Origin: an uncultured Pseudomonadales bacterium
GTDB lineage: Bacteria; Patescibacteriota; Microgenomatia; UBA1400; UBA12028
Direction of reading: 5' to 3'
Length of the DNA stretch: 64,000 nucleotides
NCBI GenBank assembly: GCA_964635905.1
Contig: CAZWPK010000005.1
Coordinates: 4,695-68,694, forward strand
Below the pieces are notes generated by a model that was given only the letters and a program-made list of their open reading frames with translations, had not been told where the DNA came from and did not search any database. Both the position numbers and the translations under genes were made by a program. This document shows positions 20,114 through 30,094 of this stretch, in pieces (position 1 is the first letter of the stretch; each line of letters begins with the position of its first letter).

Positions 20114-20866
20114 ATGGACACACTAGACACGCAACAAGAAATTGACCGTATTGTGCAGTTTCTACAGGAAACGTTTGAAAAGACACAAAAATCGCAGGCA
20201 ATCGTCGCGATTTCCGGCGGCATTGACTCCGCACTCTCCTTGTCACTAGTAGCAAAAGCATTGCCACCGCACCAGATTCACCCCCTCTTTTTGCCCTATA
20301 ACGGACAGTCGATTGAGGATAGCCAACGCATTGCCGCTTGGAACAAGATCCCCGAAGAGAATTGGGAAACGCTGGCAATTGATCCGGTCGTATCCAGTTT
20401 AGAAACGTTCTTGAGCACAAGCTCGTCGGACCGACTTCGCAAAGGAAATGTGATGGCCAGAGTTCGCATGATCGCCGTCTTTGATCGTGCGAAGAAATGG
20501 GACGCTTTAGTCTGTGGTACGGAAAACAAATCGGAACACTACCTGGGATACTTCACTCGATTCGGAGATGCCGCATCCGACATCGAGCCAATCGCGCACT
20601 TATACAAAACGCAGGTACGAGAACTGGTGCGTTTCCTAGGACTTCCTTCACAATTTTTACAGAAAGCTCCCAGCGCGGGATTATGGTCGAATCAAACGGA
20701 TGAACAAGAAATGGGATTTTCCTATGAGGATGCTGACCGGGTTATTGCCTATTACTTAAAAGAAGCCCCAAAGCCAGAGCTTTCTACAGATTCGATTGAA
20801 AAAATTCTAACGTCCATCGATCGCAATGCTTTTAAACGGGTTGTCCCCTATACCTTGGCTAGGTAA
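20114..20866 (+). CDS. nadE: NH3-dependent NAD+ synthetase
   Basis: SGGIDS, GNVMARVRM, GTENKSE, GYFTRFGD, KAPSAGL; start may be 20102. Confidence 0.96.
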   Translation: MDTLDTQQEIDRIVQFLQETFEKTQKSQAIVAISGGIDSALSLSLVAKALPPHQIHPLFLPYNGQSIEDSQRIAAWNKIPEENWETLAIDPVVSSLETFLSTSSSDRLRKGNVMARVRMIAVFDRAKKWDALVCGTENKSEHYLGYFTRFGDAASDIEPIAHLYKTQVRELVRFLGLPSQFLQKAPSAGLWSNQTDEQEMGFSYEDADRVIAYYLKEAPKPELSTDSIEKILTSIDRNAFKRVVPYTLAR

Positions 20867-20894
20867 TTCCTGCAGTTTCTTTGGCAAACTTCCA

Positions 20895-21977
20895 TTAGGC
20901 ACCGATCGCAAATTCGACGATGTCACCTTCTTGCATGCGATAGTCACGACCTTCTTGGCGCATTTTCCCTTGTTCTTTGACGCCTTTCCATCCACCGTAC
21001 TCCACAAAATCAGCATAGGAGGCAATCAAGGCTTTGATAAATTTCTTGGAGAAATCGGTGTGAATCACCCCGGCTGCTTCTTGGGCAGTCATTCCATGGC
21101 GAATAGTCCACGCGCGAACTTCTTTTTCACCGGCCGTTAAAAAGCTTTGTAGTCCGAGTGTTTGATACGCAGTCTCGGCAAGTCGCTCCAACCCACTTTT
21201 TTCTATCCCTAGTTCCTTTAAATAGGTTTGCTGATCTTCAATGGAAAGAACCGACAGTTCACTTTCAATTTTCGCCGAGATAATCACAATTTGTTTGGTC
21301 ATGACGCCAAGCTCTTTGGCAAACTGCGCGGTGAGTTCACTTGCTTTTGAGATTTGGTCTTCATCAACGTTGATGGTACAGATTTCAGGTTTTGTGGAGA
21401 GTAAACAGAGTTCCTTGGCAATAGATTGCTGTTCTGGGGTTAGAGTATTCCAGGGTAATTGGTTTCCGGCATCCAGGTGTTGTTTGAAAAACTGAATAAT
21501 TTCCCATCGCTCCTTGGCCTCCGGTGTAACCGAGCCTTTAGGCTGCGGTTGTTTTTCAAGCGTGGAAAGATCTGCTAGCATCAACTCCGTTCGAATGGTT
21601 TCTAAATCGGATAACGGGTTTACTGCACCTTCGCGGATAATCTCTGGATCACTAAAGGAACGTAAGACATGACAAATGGTTGCGGTTTCGCGGATATGGG
21701 AGAGAAACTGATTGCCCAGTCCCTCACCCTTCGAGGCACCTTTGACGAGCCCGGCAATATCCACAAATTCCACGGTAGCTGGCTTGAGCACTTCGGTATT
21801 TACAATCTCGGCCAACACTGAAAGTCGAGGATCTGGTACTTGGGCAATCCCAACGTTGGGCTCGATGGTGGCAAAGGGATAATTGGCAGCCAGTGCCACT
21901 TGCTGTTTGAGTAAGGCATTAAATAAGGTGGACTTACCGACATTAGGTAGACCGACAATTCCTATGGATAAATTCAT
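20895..21977 (-). CDS. ychF: Redox-regulated ATPase YchF
   Basis: [49 protein letters not shown]. Confidence 0.98.
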   Translation of the reverse strand: MNLSIGIVGLPNVGKSTLFNALLKQQVALAANYPFATIEPNVGIAQVPDPRLSVLAEIVNTEVLKPATVEFVDIAGLVKGASKGEGLGNQFLSHIRETATICHVLRSFSDPEIIREGAVNPLSDLETIRTELMLADLSTLEKQPQPKGSVTPEAKERWEIIQFFKQHLDAGNQLPWNTLTPEQQSIAKELCLLSTKPEICTINVDEDQISKASELTAQFAKELGVMTKQIVIISAKIESELSVLSIEDQQTYLKELGIEKSGLERLAETAYQTLGLQSFLTAGEKEVRAWTIRHGMTAQEAAGVIHTDFSKKFIKALIASYADFVEYGGWKGVKEQGKMRQEGRDYRMQEGDIVEFAIGA

Positions 21978-22269
21978 ATCCCAATATATGGTTGAAATGT
22001 GGGATGTTCCCAACTACCTCAACCTTTCTCTCATCATAAATAGTTACTATGGCGATTATATCGTGGATTGTCTTGATTTTATCTTCCAGATCAAGAAGTT
22101 GAATAATCACTTGTGCTTACCGCCTAATCCATCGAGAATATCCGCGTTTATAACACGTGTAGAAAAAACATCTACCCATTACTCGAAAATTCTTTCACTG
22201 GATTTTTCACTGTCATCTTCAACCTATTCTGGGTAGAAAGCAGAACCTAGGAAACAGAAAAAGCAAAAA

Positions 22270-22410
22270 CTAATTCAGGAAATAATAACTACTTTTGGTA
22301 TCACCTTTTTTTCGAATAAAGCCCTTTTCCACTAAGCCACTAAGCAGTTTATGCGCCTGTTGGCGGGAAACATTGAACTCTTCAGAGATGTCTGCTGAAG
22401 TTACTTGTAT
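22270..22410 (-). pseudogene. Start-less winged-HTH fragment resembling the C-terminus of Fic-family proteins
   Basis: Own translation IQVTSADISEEFNVSRQQAHKLLSGLVEKGFIRKKGDTKSSYYFLN*; no in-frame start before the upstream stop. Confidence 0.65.
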
Positions 22411-22529
22411 GTAAACATTATTGTAAACTATATTAAGGACCCCAAGAAGCTTCGAATACCACGAAGAAGCCTGATGCTTGTGACATTGTCAGGTCGTATA
22501 CAATAAGAAACAATTTTTTTCTTGGGTTG

Positions 22530-23174
22530 TTACTCGGTATCGTCGGTCGCACTCCAGGCGACAATTTTGTAGGCAACCACGGCTCCAAGCGCTCCCACTA
22601 TCTGCGCTCCGAGGTACCAGGAGATGAGTGCAGTCTGCGAAGAGATCGTTGTGTAGTGCTGCAATGCTGATCCAAGGAGAATTGCCGGGTTATAGACACT
22701 TCCCGAAATTTCCGCTCCGACTAAAACTCCTGCAAGCAAGACCATTCCAATTGCCAATCCATAAAACTGATTGCCCTTGTGTTTAGGAAAGGTCGCAACC
22801 ATGAGGACCACAAAACATAATGCTCCGGTGAAGATTCCTTCTACTAGTCCTGCATGCATCAGCGTGGATCCTTCTGGGAGTTTGATTGCAAATAGCGATC
22901 CAGAAATGGTGGAATAGACCACCGTTGCCAAGAGCGCACCTGCAATTTGAATAACCGTATACGTCAGGAAATCGACCATGGTGATCGCGCCTCGAAGCCA
23001 GGCTGCAAGTGAAACCGCAGGATTATAGTGCCCGCCACTCACACTCCCTCCTGCAAATATCAGAGCAATTAAGACTGCTGCAATCGAGAGCGGATGACCC
23101 GTAAAGGCAACCACCAAGGTTAGAAAAAAGACGCCTAAAAATTCGATCAGTAGTTTTCCAATGAGTGATTTCAT
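22530..23174 (-). CDS. Aquaporin / MIP channel
   Basis: SGGHYNPAVS and SVYNPA motifs; 6 TM helices. Confidence 0.95.
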   Translation of the reverse strand: MKSLIGKLLIEFLGVFFLTLVVAFTGHPLSIAAVLIALIFAGGSVSGGHYNPAVSLAAWLRGAITMVDFLTYTVIQIAGALLATVVYSTISGSLFAIKLPEGSTLMHAGLVEGIFTGALCFVVLMVATFPKHKGNQFYGLAIGMVLLAGVLVGAEISGSVYNPAILLGSALQHYTTISSQTALISWYLGAQIVGALGAVVAYKIVAWSATDDTE

Positions 23175-23366
23175 AGCGCAATATCTCCACCACTTTAAAT
23201 GTATAAAGTAAGTGAGCAGACTATAGCAGGTGATTCTTGGGGTGACAAGACAGTATGGTCTAACAAATACCGAAGACTAGGTCCCAAAAGGGATCAACAG
23301 TTCAGTCAGAGGGCACTTTTAAGTGTAGCAAATCTAGACCACATTAAGCAGACGCGTTTTTCGTAT

Positions 23367-24482
23367 CTAACTGTGTACCATATAATGTTGAAGCAAAGCC
23401 ACGCCTTCCATTGTTTTGGCAGAAATAAAAAAACAGGTTTCTGACCGAAATTCTTCGTGGAGTTTCTCTTTTTTCTCTTGCGAAATGCGGTCTATCTTAT
23501 TGAAGACTAAGATCGCCTGTTGCCGCACTCCTAACTCTTTGAGAATCGTATCTACCGCTCGCTTCTTCTCCAGCAGCCGTGGGTCCGACGCATCTATGAC
23601 ATGCACTAGAACTTGCGCTTCTACCGACTCTAACAGAGTTGAACGAAACGCATCAATTAAGAAAGGGGGAAGATCATCAATAAAACCAATCGTATCGGAG
23701 ATAAGAATTTGGTTTTGATCCTTTAGTTTTCCAACCACCGTATCCAAGGTTGTAAACAGTGAAGCATTGGTTTCTTTCTGTTTGTCTGTCAATGCATTAA
23801 ACAATGTAGTTTTCCCGGCACTGGTGTACCCTACCAGAGCAGCGGTGTGTAACCCATCACGCTTCCGGTTTGCAATGATAACCTCTCGTTCATTGGCAAG
23901 TTGACGTAATCGTTTTTGGATCACCTGTTTACGATCTTTTATTTTTCGTCGCTCCCGCTCAATATTTGTTTCACCCAGTCCCCTGGTTCCAATTCCTCCA
24001 CCTTGGCGAGAGAAGACTGTAGCTCCCAATCCATAAATTCGAGGACCCAAATGATGAATCCGTGCAAATTCAATCTGCAGTTTGGCTTCTAAGGACGTGG
24101 CATGTTTATCAAAAATATTCAAAATGAGATCTACACGATCCCACACTTGAATACGCGTATTCACTTCCCAAATTGCTTTCTCGAGTCGAAATAATTGACC
24201 GGAATTTACAATACTATTTAAGACCACGACATCTGCGTTCAACAGTTTGACCGTCTGTTGAAGCCAAAGCAGTTTTCCTGGACCTATATAGGTAGAGGGA
24301 TGTGGATGAATGCGGTGCTGAACCGATCGAGCCACGATTTCTCCACCAAAAGTGTCTACCAGAAGTTCCAATTCCTCCATGTTTTCAATCGCCAAATCCT
24401 GATGGTAGTGGGTATGAATCACTTCAAGAAGAATGAAACGCAGTTTAGTAGAAACACGCTGGTCCGATGATTTGTTACTCAT
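23367..24482 (-). CDS. hflX: GTPase HflX
   Basis: YIGPGK, DRVDLILNIF..HA...EAKLQ, GGIGTRGLGE, GYTSAGKT, DTIGFI, NKID. Confidence 0.96.
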   Translation of the reverse strand: MSNKSSDQRVSTKLRFILLEVIHTHYHQDLAIENMEELELLVDTFGGEIVARSVQHRIHPHPSTYIGPGKLLWLQQTVKLLNADVVVLNSIVNSGQLFRLEKAIWEVNTRIQVWDRVDLILNIFDKHATSLEAKLQIEFARIHHLGPRIYGLGATVFSRQGGGIGTRGLGETNIERERRKIKDRKQVIQKRLRQLANEREVIIANRKRDGLHTAALVGYTSAGKTTLFNALTDKQKETNASLFTTLDTVVGKLKDQNQILISDTIGFIDDLPPFLIDAFRSTLLESVEAQVLVHVIDASDPRLLEKKRAVDTILKELGVRQQAILVFNKIDRISQEKKEKLHEEFRSETCFFISAKTMEGVALLQHYMVHS

Positions 24483-24576
24483 GAGAAAGTCCTATTCTAT
24501 CTGTTGAGGTTCATTACGAACATAGCTCTTCTCTCTTTACTGGGTCTTTGCAGTACTGATTAACACAAATACGAGA

Positions 24577-25767
24577 TCACTTGGCTTTCAATCTTGGGGT
24601 AGCTACTTTGATTGAAAGAGGAACCACCAAAACAAGACTGAACACACCCAAAATTGTATACATCATTTTTACCCCACCAAAGTTTGAAATGATGGGACCC
24701 GAGATCAGGGTAATGAATACAAACGCGATTCCAATCATCATCGACAGCACTGAAATTGCAGTGGCGCGGTATTTCGATTCAAACAATTCATTGGTATACC
24801 GCGTTAGGATGATCCAACGTGCGGTTCCAGCCATCACTGCTCCCATCACAAAAGGTAATGCCCACACACCTTCAAAGAAAATTCCGGGCAAGAAACAAAT
24901 GGTCATTAAGATGGGGAAAAAGTAGATGGAGCGTTGGCGATTAAATAACTTTTCATTGCCTAGAAGTGCACGTAAAACGGACACATTTAGAATTCGAATC
25001 ATGCCCGCAATCAGACTACGATTCGTATCCGAAAACTGGAGTTCGACCAACATAAAATCAAAGAAATATAAGTTGTTGGTCCAGGTTAACGTCGACACTA
25101 CAATATAAAACAACGACATAAATCGAACACGTGTGGACTTAAATGCCTCTCTAAATCCCATCTTCATTTGTTCAAAATAGATCGAAACTGTGACCTTTTG
25201 AGAATCAATGGATGGTTCAATAAATCCAAAAGAAATAATTGCAGCTAATGCACAAGCTACGGCATACAGCACATACGGCAACGGAGACCAAAGTTGATAA
25301 AAGAATCCTCCTGAAAATGTTGCTGCTGCTAGGGCTAACTGAAAAATAATTCCATTTGTAGCCAAGGCTGAAGTAAACCCATTCGGATTTCCATCTTGTT
25401 TATAGGAGTCGTAGAGGAGTGCTTCTAGTGATCCAGACAACAATGCTTCTGCCAAACCCGCTAGCAACATCGCTGCTACTAAGGGGATAAAACCACTAGA
25501 TCCAATAATCAGGAGTGTTGCCAGCGTCCAGCCGATATATCCAGCAAGCACAGTCCATCGCCTACCGACGAGATCTGCCAAGGCTCCCGTAGGGAGTTCA
25601 AAAATCAATTGAAAAAAATATTGCAGTGCAACTAATAATGAGATCTGCGTAATACTGATACGTCCTTGGTAATACACAATCCAAATTGGAATGGTAAACA
25701 CAAGTGCGTACAAAAATTGAGACACGATGTAGATTCGAGTATTTCGTGGGGCGATCAAGGCAGTCAT
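24577..25767 (-). CDS. MFS transporter
   Basis: ELPTGALADLVGRR motif A; SG...ALLYDS; RATAIS; 12 TM helices. Confidence 0.92.
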   Translation of the reverse strand: MTALIAPRNTRIYIVSQFLYALVFTIPIWIVYYQGRISITQISLLVALQYFFQLIFELPTGALADLVGRRWTVLAGYIGWTLATLLIIGSSGFIPLVAAMLLAGLAEALLSGSLEALLYDSYKQDGNPNGFTSALATNGIIFQLALAAATFSGGFFYQLWSPLPYVLYAVACALAAIISFGFIEPSIDSQKVTVSIYFEQMKMGFREAFKSTRVRFMSLFYIVVSTLTWTNNLYFFDFMLVELQFSDTNRSLIAGMIRILNVSVLRALLGNEKLFNRQRSIYFFPILMTICFLPGIFFEGVWALPFVMGAVMAGTARWIILTRYTNELFESKYRATAISVLSMMIGIAFVFITLISGPIISNFGGVKMMYTILGVFSLVLVVPLSIKVATPRLKAK

Positions 25768-25768
25768 A

Positions 25769-26512
25769 TCATCTTTCAACCTTTTTCCAAGCTACTGCAT
25801 TAAGTAAGGGCGCAAAGACATCATCCTCAATTGCAATCGCAAGTTTTTGTAATTCCGCATCACTGGGATCCTGATCCACAAATTGAAGAAATGGGATATC
25901 AGAAATTACTGCCAGTGGAGTCGATTCATTTCCTTCACCCATGACGAGCACGGCACTAGCGGCTAGGCCTTCGGCATGATTTGCTTTTGTAACCTTTAGT
26001 TTCCTGCCAAAAAGATCAGGTTCCCCAATATAGTTATGCAGTGGCACAAACCCACTGTACGCAAGACAGGTGCCTAACACTCCCCATCGGAGGGGCAATA
26101 CATGACTATCAGTCAAAATGACTCCGACATTGTGCAAGTTGAATCGTCGTCGAATGTAGGCTCGAATTCGATTTGCGGATTGCGAAGGATTTTTTGGCCA
26201 TACGACATAATGGTTATCTCCATTCGACTCATCGATCCCCGCTGATGCAATCAGCGTATTATTTTTAACGGAAATCCAGAATCCATACTGATTAGTTTGG
26301 GCTGGTAAATAGAAATCTGCTTCTTGATGAACAAGTTCTTCCTTAGCTACGGAATCAATTGCCACAACGGCTCCTTCACAAAGGGAAACCACTTTTGACG
26401 TTACAGCGAGCACTTGATTCTCTTCAAGACTAGATACATAGGTATCCAAAAGTTTTTCTAAACTCAGCTCATTGGCTCGGATTGGCGCAGTTTTAATAGA
26501 ACGAACGTGCAT
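25769..26512 (-). CDS. CofE-like gamma-glutamyl ligase (FolC2-type candidate)
   Basis: TSKVVS..EG, SAGIDESN, VILTDS..PLRWG, Y.G..DLFGR.L, MGEG.E.TPL. Confidence 0.85.
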   Translation of the reverse strand: MHVRSIKTAPIRANELSLEKLLDTYVSSLEENQVLAVTSKVVSLCEGAVVAIDSVAKEELVHQEADFYLPAQTNQYGFWISVKNNTLIASAGIDESNGDNHYVVWPKNPSQSANRIRAYIRRRFNLHNVGVILTDSHVLPLRWGVLGTCLAYSGFVPLHNYIGEPDLFGRKLKVTKANHAEGLAASAVLVMGEGNESTPLAVISDIPFLQFVDQDPSDAELQKLAIAIEDDVFAPLLNAVAWKKVER

Positions 26513-26592
26513 ATGGTCCCTATTATAACCGCACCCGGGTTGTCTCTGTTGCCGATTCTTAACAAATACAATCAAAGTGATACACTAGTGCC

Positions 26593-27237
26593 ATGAACTC
26601 AAAACACGTTTTCCTTTCCATCGTAGCCCTTCCACTCTTCCTTGCAGGTTGCTCGACAACTTCTGCTCCTTCGGTTACACCTACACCGTCACCTACTGAA
26701 ATTGAAGAAACAACTGCAAATCAGTTAGAAACCATCCTTGCATCTGGCGGCTCCGCACGCTGCACCATGTCAAAAACAGATGGAACCAGTGAAATCACCT
26801 ACAGTATCAAAGGGAAAAAGATGCGCATGGAAGGTGCACCGGGGGCAACAACCCAAAACAATGGCTCAGTCATCAGTGATGGTTCCTATCTCTATATCTG
26901 GGAAAATGGCAAAACTGAAGGAATTAAATCAAAGATACCCACAGAACAAGAAATGGAAAAGTTGAAGGAGAAGTCCGAAGCATACATGCAAAATTCACCC
27001 AATTTATCGGATGACGCGGTCCGCAAAGAGTATGAGGATCAAGGGTATCGCATTGACTGCAAAGGTGCCCAAATTCCGGATTCAGAGTTTGTTCCACCAA
27101 CAACGATTAAGTTTACCGACACCACAGCTTTGATGGAAAATGCAGCCAAGATGATGGAGGAATCCTCCAAAGATCTCACTCCAGAACAAAAAGCGCAGAT
27201 GCAAAAGTACTTAAACCCAAGCAATCTAGAACAGTAA
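26593..27237 (+). CDS. Lipoprotein with Ser/Thr/Pro-rich linker
   Basis: Lipobox LAGC followed by STTSAPSVTPTPSPT. Confidence 0.8.
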   Translation: MNSKHVFLSIVALPLFLAGCSTTSAPSVTPTPSPTEIEETTANQLETILASGGSARCTMSKTDGTSEITYSIKGKKMRMEGAPGATTQNNGSVISDGSYLYIWENGKTEGIKSKIPTEQEMEKLKEKSEAYMQNSPNLSDDAVRKEYEDQGYRIDCKGAQIPDSEFVPPTTIKFTDTTALMENAAKMMEESSKDLTPEQKAQMQKYLNPSNLEQ

Positions 27238-27260
27238 CGACTAGAGTCCTGGTCGGAGAA

Positions 27261-27446
27261 TTATTCCTGGGATGGGATCACAATCCACAGCAAGAGATAG
27301 GGAAGAATTCCTGGGAATCCTCCAGGGAGTGCCAGAAACACAAAGACGATACGCACGAGTGTGACATCAATCTCAAAATAGTTTGCGATTGCGGCACACA
27401 CTCCTCCGATTTTTTTACCTGCTCGTGGTCGCATTAATTTCTTCAT
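27261..27446 (-). CDS. pspC: PspC-domain protein
   Basis: KKL.R...KKIGGVC.AIANYF.IDVTLVR, YLLLWIVIP. Confidence 0.92.
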   Translation of the reverse strand: MKKLMRPRAGKKIGGVCAAIANYFEIDVTLVRIVFVFLALPGGFPGILPYLLLWIVIPSQE

Positions 27447-28102
27447 AGTGGTGTTGATTGTACTACTGGTTTTGCAGCGGCAGCTTGCCGTTTCCGCATA
27501 AAATCATACACCAAGGATGCAACCTCGAGAATGGCGAACAGAAAAATAAGAATGGCCCAGACTGAAAGCTCCTGAAGAGCCACGTGCAAGAAAATAAACC
27601 AAAACAGGACATACACAAGTTTGTGAAGCCGTTTCCACCAACTACCCAATTTTTTGACACTGAAATCATTAGAAGTACTAAACAAGATAAATAGACCGAT
27701 AAAGGCTAGCATTCCCCAGATAATAAAGAGGGGTGGAGGAAATGGCGGAAACATTCCTGCCACTACAATCGGAATGACGTAACTAATTTCGGAGTGACAC
27801 AGCGCAAGAATAAAGGTGGAGATCCCAATATGACGGCGAAACATGAGACCTAGGGTAACGAGTGGGTGTTTTACTTGAAAACGGCCTGCCATTCCGGGAA
27901 TCGAGGCTAGAATAAAGAAACATAAGGCCAACTGTCCGCACTTCTCTCCCAGCGCACTGATCACTGGCGTGAGTGGATGCCCCACTACTAGGATATAGGC
28001 ACTTAACCCCAAAAAGAGTAGGGCTACAACATACCCTAATTGAAAAATTTTGATGATCCTTGATCGGTGTGCGGAAGCAAATGGAACAAGCGTCGTAAAC
28101 AT
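27443..28102 (-). CDS. MsrQ/YedZ-like ferric-reductase transmembrane protein
   Basis: RRHIGI, TSND....KLG..WKRLHKLVY, conserved His residues. Confidence 0.85.
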   Translation of the reverse strand: MFTTLVPFASAHRSRIIKIFQLGYVVALLFLGLSAYILVVGHPLTPVISALGEKCGQLALCFFILASIPGMAGRFQVKHPLVTLGLMFRRHIGISTFILALCHSEISYVIPIVVAGMFPPFPPPLFIIWGMLAFIGLFILFSTSNDFSVKKLGSWWKRLHKLVYVLFWFIFLHVALQELSVWAILIFLFAILEVASLVYDFMRKRQAAAAKPVVQSTPL

Positions 28103-28222
28103 AAGAAGTATTGTAACGAATACATCGTGAAATACTATCGTAGTCGGCTGAAGTGAAACTTAAGAAGGCTTCTTACCTCTTTCTTTCCCAAATTAAATTT
28201 TACTTTGATATTCTAAAGCACT

Positions 28223-28537
28223 ATGAAACACCAGACTCTTCGCTTCGCTCTCTTATTTCTTTTCAACTTGGCTATACTTTCTCTCCTCCTCTTCGCAGTT
28301 TCACAACATGCCTTGCTTCTCTCAACCCAACTGAAAAACCCACTCGTTGGAAGTATTCCAATCCTCGCAGGTATCAGTGTGTTCTACCTCTTTGATAGTT
28401 TTAAAAAATTAATAAACATCAGTAACAGGAATACACATGAAGAAATTCAAAAAGTATTTCATTTTTGTTCCACTCGTTGTGTCTCTACGTTTGTCTTGGC
28501 GACTGTAACCCTGATCGTTCCGACGTTCATTCACTAG
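28223..28537 (+). CDS. Small hypothetical membrane protein
   Basis: About 3 hydrophobic segments; TATTCT 8 nt before ATG. Confidence 0.5.
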   Translation: MKHQTLRFALLFLFNLAILSLLLFAVSQHALLLSTQLKNPLVGSIPILAGISVFYLFDSFKKLINISNRNTHEEIQKVFHFCSTRCVSTFVLATVTLIVPTFIH

Positions 28538-28540
28538 ACT

Positions 28541-30031
28541 TTAGTGGGTCATTTGCATCGCTTCTCCACCAGACGTCTTTCGACGAAGTGGGGAGGGATC
28601 AATCGAATGAAGTTCAGATAGATCCTTCACACCGCGAAACACATAGGAAAGAATGACATCTTCGGTGAGTGAGTAGATGTTATACGCAAGTGTAGGCAAC
28701 GAGTACTGCATGTACGCCATTAGGGCTTGTCGAGTTTCTCCCTCCACGAAGGATGGAATTCCAAAGGGAAGCATATGCTTATCCAAATACTTGGTTCGTG
28801 CGGATGCTTCTCCACCGTATGGCTTGAAGAACTTCCCATCATCCCCCACACAAAAACGCATGCCACCGGGACTCTCAATCGTTCCCCCTCCGGCAATGCG
28901 TGACACTCCAATTCCACTCGCACCTAAGACTAAAGTAGTTGCGATGTGATCACTGGCACCGCCTTCCACTACGATGGGAATTCCCACCACTCCACGTAAA
29001 CTCCATACGAGCTGTGGCCAATCGATCACACTCCCACTGCGGACCCCCGTAATACAACGACCACCCCCACCAATGCCCACATAGAGTCCATCCGCACCGG
29101 CTTCTTCTAGTCGCTTAGCTTGTCCCACATCCACAACCTGACCTGCAAAGATCTCGATATCCTTCCCAAATTCTTGGCGCAGTAATTGCACCGTATCCAG
29201 CACCGCTATTCCTGGTTCTGGGGAGTACACACGAAAGGCACGGACACCAACCTCATAGAGCGCTTGTGCACGTTTGAGAGCTTTGTTTCCTTCTGTCTCC
29301 ACGACACCCATCAAATTGCGTTTCCACATGGAGAGCAACCACTCTTTATCGTTTCGACCAACCAATACTTCGCTGGCTGCCAGCGCATTTACAGTTTCTT
29401 TGACTAAATCAACTTGTCGTTGGATATCATGAAAGACGCTGTTTCGCGGAACACCGACCAAACAGTGCAGTTGTGCCATCGTCGATAGCGCACTCACGCT
29501 GCCATAAATATCGGGCATTGCGGATCCAACAAGCAAGGATCGTGCATGTTTTCCCATTTTGACAAACGGACCATATTGCAAACGTTGGGCTCTACCGACC
29601 CGTTCATTGGTGGAACCTACCACTTGGACTCCTAAATCGGAAACCGAGAGAGCAAGTCCTTCTTTGGCAGAGGATTCCATGGCCTGTGAAGATACGGCTG
29701 GCGGAGGGGTGAAGACGGATCGCTCTACCCACTTGAGTTCTTTAAGTCTGTCGGGATGATTGAAGACTTCCAACACATATTGTCGAACGCGCAGCGTTGC
29801 AATCATTGCCTCGGGAGAGAGCATCATGGTTTTATGCGTGTGTAAAAAATCAAAGGGTGTTTGCAACAAACCTTGACTGGGATAGGCGGTACTCTCATCA
29901 CCGCTTTCAATAAACCAGAATTTTAAATAATCGGAAAGATGATGTTCGTACGGAGAGAGTTTGGCAAGAATGTAGTCTTGCCAGGTTTGATCACGAAATG
30001 TTGCAAACGTTGGTTGCGGTACAGTGGTCAT
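28541..30031 (-). CDS. Highly diverged IMPDH/GMP-reductase-fold protein
   Basis: AGQV, EAGADGLYVGIGGGGRCIT, PIVVEGG, LGAS, GTIESPG, KPYGGEAS and VEG are collinear with IMPDH motifs. Confidence 0.75.
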   Translation of the reverse strand: MTTVPQPTFATFRDQTWQDYILAKLSPYEHHLSDYLKFWFIESGDESTAYPSQGLLQTPFDFLHTHKTMMLSPEAMIATLRVRQYVLEVFNHPDRLKELKWVERSVFTPPPAVSSQAMESSAKEGLALSVSDLGVQVVGSTNERVGRAQRLQYGPFVKMGKHARSLLVGSAMPDIYGSVSALSTMAQLHCLVGVPRNSVFHDIQRQVDLVKETVNALAASEVLVGRNDKEWLLSMWKRNLMGVVETEGNKALKRAQALYEVGVRAFRVYSPEPGIAVLDTVQLLRQEFGKDIEIFAGQVVDVGQAKRLEEAGADGLYVGIGGGGRCITGVRSGSVIDWPQLVWSLRGVVGIPIVVEGGASDHIATTLVLGASGIGVSRIAGGGTIESPGGMRFCVGDDGKFFKPYGGEASARTKYLDKHMLPFGIPSFVEGETRQALMAYMQYSLPTLAYNIYSLTEDVILSYVFRGVKDLSELHSIDPSPLRRKTSGGEAMQMTH

Positions 30032-30094
30032 GTCAAGCACTGAGTGTACACTACATGGCAGAAGAAAAAAACGCGCAGTTATTTCACACTGGGA

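Noticed and set aside
23175-23335. c-di-AMP riboswitch upstream of the aquaporin
   Set aside because: TGGGGTGA occurs only on the non-coding strand, and the other conserved elements are missing
24483-24576. hflX antibiotic-sensing leader peptide (MFVMNLNR*)
   Set aside because: The uORF overlaps or precedes the likely TAGAAT -10 box, and no terminator lies between it and hflX
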